64,000 nt of DNA from a virus, in the IMG/VR virus record IMGVR_UViG_3300035182_000826, positions 64,001 to 128,000 of that record; one strand, 5' to 3'. The position numbers and the translations under genes are program-made. The notes below the pieces were generated by a model that searched no databases, was not told where the DNA came from, and saw nothing but the letters and a program-made list of their open reading frames with translations. Positions 57,524 to 64,000 of the stretch are shown here, one piece after another (within the stretch, counting starts at the first letter, position 1; each line of letters begins with the position of its first letter).

Positions 57524-58470
57524 GCCTCGGCGACACCGGTGAGGCCCGGCTCACACAGGCTCGCCAAGACATATATCTTTATTGGCCACTATTTTTAAGC
57601 GCACCGGCGTCGCCTCGTGTCGCCGGCTCACGTTGAACCCGCTATTCGTCGGCTAATGCGCTCTGTGTGCGCCTCACCACTATGAACACCACCTCACTCC
57701 AATGAGAACCTGAAGAACTGGTCACCTCGCTCCAATGAAGAACTTGTTGGAGAATCCGTTGAACCCGCTATCTGTCGGCTAATGCGCTCTATGGGCGCTC
57801 ACGCCTCACTTAAACTTTTTGCTAATGATAATGTCAGCTCTTGAAGGTCCTTGACCGTGTCATAGAACCCATTGAACCCGCTATTCGTCGGCTAATGCGC
57901 TCTATGAGCGCACTGTGCACCTCACACAAAGAGCCCCTTCTAATTTGGCGCCTTTCTTAAGTGCAGTTCGCCATAAGCGATAGAGCACCACCTCGGCGAC
58001 ACCGGTGAGGTCCGGCTCACACCGGACCTCACCACCAATAAGTTATGCACAGCACTTGGCCGGTGTGAGCCGGCGTCGCCTCGTGTCGCCGGCTCACGTT
58101 GAACCCGCTATTCGTCGGCTAATGCGCTCTGTGTACGCACACTGTGAGCGACTATGACCAATGAAAACTGATCACCTGCTCCAATGAAGAACTTGTTGGA
58201 GAACTTGTTGGAGAACTTGTTGGAGAGCCCATTGAACCTGCTATTCGTCGGCTAATGCGCTCTGTGTGCGCCTCACCACTAAGAACACTCTTCTAATTTG
58301 ACACTTTCTTAAGTGCGGCACAAATGGCAGTTCGCCATAAGCAATGAGCACAGCCTCGGCGACACCGGTGAGGTCCGGTGTGAGCCGGACCTCACCGCCA
58401 ATAAGTTATGCACAGCACTTGGCCGGTGTGAGCCGGCGTCGCCTCGTGTCGCCGAGGGTGACAGGCGTCA
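57524..58470. repeat. composite non-coding repeat locus 2 (inverted relative to locus 1)
   Basis: Reverse-complement 32-mers at 57633, 57759, 57872, 58099, 58232; hairpin units at about 57525-57626, 57991-58092, 58334-58456; GAGAACTTGTTG about x3. Confidence 0.95.
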
Positions 58471-58505
58471 ATAGAAGATAAATAGCCAATCATTATGGAG
58501 TTCAT

Positions 58506-59153
58506 ATGAAAGTCAAAGATCTATTACAAGAGCTCATTGGCATCAAGAAGTACCAAGGCGTTGACTTGCTGCAGCTTCTCATGAAGCTCCAAAGTGAAAA
58601 GAAGATCAACGTGAAGAATGGGTCTTTCAGTGTCGTAATCATTCCTGAGAATGAAGACTTTGTGTACAGAGTGTGGACACAGGATGGTGGTTGGTTAGAT
58701 TATATGGAGTACTGCATTGACCACCAAGACAATCCACACATCTTGAAAATCAAGAGTCGTGCGAAGAAGATTCCATTCATTTTTCAGAGACCTGAGGGGT
58801 TTGAGACAACACTGTATGTTGTCAAGACTGAGAAACTACAACCTTTGATTTCCAACATTGATCTGTTTGATCAGGTCAGAGTGTTCAGTAATATCGTGCA
58901 AAGAGATTTTCCAACATATGCGATTGTGAATAAGAGAATCAAAGAGCAAACTGGAATCAAGACTGATTTTGATAAGAGCTTCTATGACACGGTCAAGGAC
59001 CTTCAAGAGCACTCACCCTTTCTACTTGACATCTCAACTTCGAATGTGATGCTGCGTGGAACTACTCTGGTTCTCTCTGATCCAATTGCAGAAGTCGGAA
59101 CTAAGGAATTCAAAACAGCTGCTGACATTATCATTAGCAAAAAGTTTAAGTGA
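58506..59153 (+). CDS. protein kinase-like (T7 gp0.7-like)
   Basis: GSFSVV, D.GWLDYMEYC..HQDNPHI, EKL, DISTSNVML, LSDP; TAAATA at 58479. Confidence 0.6.
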   Translation: MKVKDLLQELIGIKKYQGVDLLQLLMKLQSEKKINVKNGSFSVVIIPENEDFVYRVWTQDGGWLDYMEYCIDHQDNPHILKIKSRAKKIPFIFQRPEGFETTLYVVKTEKLQPLISNIDLFDQVRVFSNIVQRDFPTYAIVNKRIKEQTGIKTDFDKSFYDTVKDLQEHSPFLLDISTSNVMLRGTTLVLSDPIAEVGTKEFKTAADIIISKKFK

Positions 59154-59172
59154 GGTGTGAGCGCCCGTTATA

Positions 59173-59199
59173 CGCATTAGCCGACGAATAGCAGGTTCA
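59173..59199 (+). repeat. solo copy of the 32-mer repeat
   Basis: CGCATTAGCCGACGAATAGCAGGTTCA. Confidence 0.9.
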
Positions 59200-59271
59200 C
59201 GATTTAACCCAAAAAGGGTTTTAGCAAATAAACCCATTAAGTTACATTTTCTGTACTTCTAAGGTCAGAAA

Positions 59272-60534
59272 ATGGAAAGAAAACTAGTAACAGTTAGACC
59301 GATCAGCGCGCTTCTGCCAATCCCTGGGGCTGATGCAATTGAAACTGCTGTCATTGACGGGTGGACAGTGGTTGTGAAGAAGGGTGAATTTCAAGTAAAT
59401 GACCTGTGTGTTTACTTTGAGATTGACAGCTTCCTTCCAGACGGCAACCCAGCATGGCAATTCTTGGTTGACAAACAGAGTCAAGAATTTGAGGGTGTCA
59501 GAGGACATCGACTACGCACCATTCGGCTTCGCAAGCAGTTGAGCCAAGGGCTGGCTCTGCCGCTTAGCGCGTTTCCACAAATTAAAGACTCTGTTCCGAA
59601 GTCGTTTGATGTTAAACCTGGCGCGATTCACCAGGTTTATGGTGAATATCTGTCTGACACGGACTTCGCTCCACTTCTAGATGTCAAGAAGTGGGAAGCT
59701 ACTCTGCCAGCACAGCTAGCTGGCCAAGCTGAAGGTCTGTTCCCGTCATTCATCGTGAAGACTGATCAAGAGCGCTGCCAAAACCTCTGTCGTCAAATCT
59801 TCGGTTATGATCCACAAGTTGTGCCGGTTGATTCTTCAAATATCCCCCAAGACGAGATTGATCGACTGCTGAGCACTGGCGAGTTCGTGAAGAATGAGGA
59901 TGGTAGCATTTCAAAATTGCTGCCAGCGCAAGCGTCGCGTAATGATTGGTATGAAGTCACAATCAAGCTTGATGGTTCCTCAATGACTGTCTTCAATGAT
60001 GGTGGGTACTATGTGAATGAAGACGGCACAGATCATGTTGGTGTCTGCAGTCGCAATCTAGAGCTCAAGGACAACGAAGAGAACGCCCAGAACGCGTTCG
60101 TGAAGATGTTCAATGAGAGCGGCCTGAAGGACGCGCTGAAGAAGACTGGACTTGCAGTCGCCGTTCAAGGTGAGCTGATGGGCCCGAACATTCAAGGCAA
60201 TCGTGAAAACCTGAAGGTGCATCAGTTCTTCGTGTTTAACATTCAAGCGCTTGCGCCAGATGTTCAGCAATTCCTGCCTCCACTGCAGCGTCTTGCAGTG
60301 CTTGAAAAGCTCTACGACGCTGGTGTGTCAAGAGAGTTGGTCATGCATGCTCCGATCCTCTTCTCCAATACCACTCTTGAGGCCCTTGGCATTGAAGATA
60401 TCCAATCGCTCTTGGACTTCGCGAATGGTCCTTCACTGAACAATCCTGTTCGCGAAGGCCTGGTTTTCAAGCGGCATGACGGGCTGTTCAGCTTCAAGGC
60501 CATCAGCAATCATTACCTGCTGCAGGAGAAGTGA
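59272..60534 (+). CDS. RNA ligase (DRB0094/Rnl5 family)
   Basis: N-terminal RKLVTVR..IPGADAIE, YFEIDS, KTDQER, KLDGSS, QGELMG, EGLVFK, FKAISN. Confidence 0.9.
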   Translation: MERKLVTVRPISALLPIPGADAIETAVIDGWTVVVKKGEFQVNDLCVYFEIDSFLPDGNPAWQFLVDKQSQEFEGVRGHRLRTIRLRKQLSQGLALPLSAFPQIKDSVPKSFDVKPGAIHQVYGEYLSDTDFAPLLDVKKWEATLPAQLAGQAEGLFPSFIVKTDQERCQNLCRQIFGYDPQVVPVDSSNIPQDEIDRLLSTGEFVKNEDGSISKLLPAQASRNDWYEVTIKLDGSSMTVFNDGGYYVNEDGTDHVGVCSRNLELKDNEENAQNAFVKMFNESGLKDALKKTGLAVAVQGELMGPNIQGNRENLKVHQFFVFNIQALAPDVQQFLPPLQRLAVLEKLYDAGVSRELVMHAPILFSNTTLEALGIEDIQSLLDFANGPSLNNPVREGLVFKRHDGLFSFKAISNHYLLQEK

Positions 60535-60733
60535 TGGCATCATTCAAGTGCACGAGTCCGTGCACTTGAAGAGTTCAGGAAGAGGAACCTTTTCTATCAG
60601 CTTTTTCACAAAAAGCCACATTGGGATAACTGCGTTAGCGCCCAGCGTTACTGGGCGAAAGAGTTCACCAATCTTGGCGGTGAATTTTCAATCACTGAGT
60701 CGTTCCTTCGGGACATTACTATAAGGACAAGCA

Positions 60734-61120
60734 ATGAGCTTTCGTGTAACTCTGAAACCTGACACCTATGTTGTTGGTGATCCACGACAACTTCTAGATC
60801 GCTCCACATGGGAAGAGATCAAGGAAGAGGACAATAGTGACATCATTGAATATGATGGACATGAGTTGTGCTGGCTCGCCGTGAAGCCAGGCACGTTCTA
60901 TGGCGATGAAGAAACTGAGCTTGATCTGATTTCAGGATCAGTGATCATCATGCCAGAAGAACTTGCAGTGAATTCGATTGCGCCATTGACGATTGTGGCA
61001 GATGATGGTCTTCGGGTCATCTTCAAAAATGATGTTCTTGAAGTTGGGAATGAGTCCTTTGACTTTGGCGACTCGTACTTTGATGATGAGGACGCAGACG
61101 ATGAGTCATACGATTTCTGA
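60734..61120 (+). CDS. acidic hypothetical protein
   Basis: TYVVGDP motif; AAGGA RBS. Confidence 0.7.
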   Translation: MSFRVTLKPDTYVVGDPRQLLDRSTWEEIKEEDNSDIIEYDGHELCWLAVKPGTFYGDEETELDLISGSVIIMPEELAVNSIAPLTIVADDGLRVIFKNDVLEVGNESFDFGDSYFDDEDADDESYDF

Positions 61121-61143
61121 CGAGTAAATAGTCCATAATCATC

Positions 61144-61563
61144 TTGGAGACGGTTGTGGACAGAAATACACTCATCAAAGAAGCGTGTGAAGCTGCTCTT
61201 GAAATCAATGAGCAGCTGAACTTTCTCTTAGACTCTTATGACATCTTCAGAGAAGGATTAATGACAACGCCAATCAGCACCTGCCATATCGTTGATGTAA
61301 ACACTGCCATCAAAGAGATTACAGGGCTAACAAAGCTGATGTCGATTGTTCTTCAACAGTGGAAAAATGGAGTCTCTGAGTTTTCAGCCGCCGGTTTGGA
61401 GATCCATGTATTGAATGAGCTTCATGTTCAAATTTTGACACTGTTTAGATTCCTAGAGTTGATGAGTATTCACTCAAGCACTTTCGACTTGGCCCAGTTG
61501 AACGCGGCTGTTGAGAGATTCAGAATCGCAAATAGAGGCCTGAACAAGGTGACGCATGATTAA
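61144..61563 (+). CDS. hypothetical protein
   Basis: TAAATA at 61125; start uncertain. Confidence 0.6.
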   Translation: METVVDRNTLIKEACEAALEINEQLNFLLDSYDIFREGLMTTPISTCHIVDVNTAIKEITGLTKLMSIVLQQWKNGVSEFSAAGLEIHVLNELHVQILTLFRFLELMSIHSSTFDLAQLNAAVERFRIANRGLNKVTHD

Positions 61564-62152
61564 GATTGTTGGGTTCTCAGGTGCGCAGGGCGCCGGCAAA
61601 AGTACCTTGCTAAATGCGCTAAGAGATGATTTTGTAGTTGACGACTTCAAAGTGTCCAGAGCCGTCCAAAAAGAACAAGGCTGCACGTTAGAGGATGCGG
61701 TTCAGTCTTGGGACAAAATGGTTGTGTTCCAAACAAGCATTCTTTACCAGAAGTATCTGCATGACTCAGAGTTGCTAAAGCAGCCAGGTGACAGCATCAT
61801 TTTGGTCGAACGGACCTTTGCTGACATTTACGCTTACACGGCGCTCTGGTGTAAGCGCCTTGTTGCCAAGTCATTGGTAGAGCCAGAAGTGGCTGAGTCC
61901 TTCTTGACAGGTTATCTTGTGGCATGTCGCAAGTATCAAGACAAGCTTTACTCACTGCTGTTTGTGATTCCATTGATGGATCACATTCCACGAGAAGTAG
62001 ACGCGCATCGCGCCGATTACGCCAGCGCGATGGAAGTGTATAACACCATTTCTACGTTCACCATCAAGGGAAATGTTCCATATGACACGATCACTGGAGT
62101 GACTGTCCAGGAACGAGCTGAGCGAGTCAAAGAGATCATTACACAATTGTAA
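61556..62152 (+). CDS. P-loop nucleotide kinase-like ATPase (NadR/AAA_28 type)
   Basis: GAQGAGKST, VERTFAD..AY. Confidence 0.75.
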   Translation: MIKIVGFSGAQGAGKSTLLNALRDDFVVDDFKVSRAVQKEQGCTLEDAVQSWDKMVVFQTSILYQKYLHDSELLKQPGDSIILVERTFADIYAYTALWCKRLVAKSLVEPEVAESFLTGYLVACRKYQDKLYSLLFVIPLMDHIPREVDAHRADYASAMEVYNTISTFTIKGNVPYDTITGVTVQERAERVKEIITQL

Positions 62153-62211
62153 CGATTGTTACAAAAAAGATTAGCACGTTGAATGCAAAATGGTGTTATG
62201 ATTTCTCCATC

Positions 62212-62373
62212 ATGACACCATTTCAGAAACGCGAGCTCAGAAAGGTAAACATCCGGCTGTTCAAGCTGGGCTGTGCCCTCGCGTTGAACAGCATTAAGAT
62301 TTGGTGGTACTCGGGCTGGTGGGCGCCAATCACGGCAACCATCGTCGCGTTCGCCTTGAAAGAAGTGCTGTGA
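62212..62373 (+). CDS. small membrane protein
   Basis: Two hydrophobic segments. Confidence 0.45.
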   Translation: MTPFQKRELRKVNIRLFKLGCALALNSIKIWWYSGWWAPITATIVAFALKEVL

Positions 62374-63017
62374 CAAAATTTCATGGTGGCTTCACACCGT
62401 CAGCAACTTCTGCGTACACGGACTACTCGTACCTTTTCCCGCCTCGGCCTACAAACGCGATCGCACGATCAATGTTGTCGTTTTACGAAGCCCGTGGTTG
62501 GGTTGCGCAGAAGAAAAAGAATGGAACCTGTACCGTTGTCTTCGCGAACGGCGACGACGTGATCTTCAAGACACGGCACAACGACGACCACAAGATGTGG
62601 ACGCCGAAACAAGATCACGTCAAGTTCTTTCAAGGGCGCCCTGGCTGGAATGTTTACGTCTGTGAACTCTTGCACTCGAAAGTGAAGGGCGGCCCAAAGG
62701 ACGAGCTGTACATCTTTGATCAGATCGTGTGTGATTCATTCCAATTGATTGGGAGCACATTCGAACAACGGCAGAAGATGCTTGATCACCGGTTTCCTGG
62801 GAAGGACACTGGAGACGTTTATCGACTGGCAGACAGGGTGTCCCGTGCAAAGTTGATTTACGACTACTTCGATGAGGTCTTCGAGGAACTCGAGCCTGAA
62901 GATGAAGGGTTGGTTCTGAAGGATCCGAACGGTGTCTTGGAGCGCTGTACGAAGGATGGAATGAACACGGGATGGCAAGTCAAGTGCCGGCTTCCCACAA
63001 AGAACTACTCAGCATAA
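62370..63017 (+). CDS. minimal ATP-dependent ligase-type nucleotidyltransferase
   Basis: QKKKNGT (motif I), ELL, IFD, EGLVLK, WQVKCR; no OB domain. Confidence 0.7.
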   Translation: MTKFHGGFTPSATSAYTDYSYLFPPRPTNAIARSMLSFYEARGWVAQKKKNGTCTVVFANGDDVIFKTRHNDDHKMWTPKQDHVKFFQGRPGWNVYVCELLHSKVKGGPKDELYIFDQIVCDSFQLIGSTFEQRQKMLDHRFPGKDTGDVYRLADRVSRAKLIYDYFDEVFEELEPEDEGLVLKDPNGVLERCTKDGMNTGWQVKCRLPTKNYSA

Positions 63018-63083
63018 CCCAGAAATAAGCCGTTTTTTAATCCGCTTTAGTGAATAATCAGGCCCTCAATAGAGGGCCTTTTT

Positions 63084-64000
63084 ATGCGCGAAATTTTTGA
63101 TGCGCTCTTCTCAGAGTTCAAAGCCGGTGAATTGTGGAAAGCCATGGAAGAGACTGTTGAAGACTCTCCTTGGCATCGTGAGGCAAATGTGGCTGTTCAT
63201 ACCCAAATGGTCATTGACCAAGTGGATGTGTCTCCGTTTGAACTCACTGAGCGTGAGCGATTTGTTGTGAAGCTGATTGCCATGTTCCATGATGTTGGCA
63301 AACCTGCCGCCCAGGAAGTGCTGTTTCGAGAAGATGGCACCAAGTACCGCAGATATGCCGGTCACGAGCTGATTTCTGGTGTGCTGTTCATGGATGAGTA
63401 CGTTGGCAGCGCTGCACTCCAACAGCATGTTGGCCTTACCACAGCAAGAGCCATTCGCTGGGTCTTGGAGAACCATTTGCCTTATGGTCTCACGGACAAG
63501 CAAAAGGTGAATGGATTGATGCTCTCTGCGCATCAGCTGTTGGCCGATGCTGGCTTGTCAATGAATGTCTTTTGGGCTTCACTGTTGGCTGATTGCTGCG
63601 GGCGGATCAGTGATGATCACGCTGAAAAGATCCAAAAAGTCAAGGTCTGGATCGAAGAGATGCAGAAATACTCGATCATGCCAATGCCTGGGCCTGCTGT
63701 CAAGCAAGTGATTTTGATGTGCGGCCCCTCTGGATCTGGAAAGACCACTTTCATCAAACAGCACTTTTCACCGGAGGTGCCCGTGTACTCACGTGATGAC
63801 TATATCATTGAGTACTACAAGGCGTCGCCGGTGTACAACGGTGAGACCAGGCAAGTGCTTTACGACAAAGCCTGGCAGTACGCTACCAGCAACGAGTTCG
63901 AAAAGGCATTCAAAGAGCGGCTTCATCACATGTTGAAATCCAACACATGCGTGATTGTTGACATGACGAATTGCTCCAAGAAGGCAAGAGGCAAAACCAT
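63084..64000 (+). CDS. HD-domain / polynucleotide kinase fusion, 3'-truncated; not in the ORF track
   Basis: SPWHREANVAVHT, MFHDVGKP, YAGHE, DCCGR, then MCGPSGSGKTT; open to the window end. Confidence 0.85.
   Translation, partial: MREIFDALFSEFKAGELWKAMEETVEDSPWHREANVAVHTQMVIDQVDVSPFELTERERFVVKLIAMFHDVGKPAAQEVLFREDGTKYRRYAGHELISGVLFMDEYVGSAALQQHVGLTTARAIRWVLENHLPYGLTDKQKVNGLMLSAHQLLADAGLSMNVFWASLLADCCGRISDDHAEKIQKVKVWIEEMQKYSIMPMPGPAVKQVILMCGPSGSGKTTFIKQHFSPEVPVYSRDDYIIEYYKASPVYNGETRQVLYDKAWQYATSNEFEKAFKERLHHMLKSNTCVIVDMTNCSKKARGKT

Overview
This 64-kb window is from a large T4-like (jumbo) myophage genome, standard genetic code, mostly + strand. Replication genes: endonuclease VII-like, a small Pol A/T7-RNAP-like (TV-Pol-like) protein, primase and DnaB-type helicase. 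Virion genes: baseplate hub, tape-measure-like protein, portal, prohead protease, scaffold, major capsid, neck, tail terminator, sheath, tube, head-completion nuclease and both terminase subunits. Accessory genes: two Hef-like homing endonucleases, PhoH, ACP, NUDIX, a MazG-like pyrophosphatase, RNA ligase, HD-PNK, a T7 gp0.7-like kinase and two AAA ATPases. Late genes sit behind a TAAATA motif. The most unusual content is of three kinds. (1) A family of modular non-coding repeat loci at 5.5, 28.4-29.7 and 57.5-58.5 kb, with half-sites inside genes. They combine a 32-nt direct repeat with a ~100-nt nested hairpin that occurs as flip/flop isomers, and one inter-repeat spacer is a spliced copy of the neighbouring kinase gene. 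(2) Two inverted clusters of 26-aa repeat-protein genes whose variable positions are shuffled combinatorially. (3) Several patches of decayed, microhomology-spliced gene fragments. I recognised no CRISPR-Cas, reverse transcriptase, tRNA or rRNA. All protein calls come from reading motifs by eye; no database searches were run.
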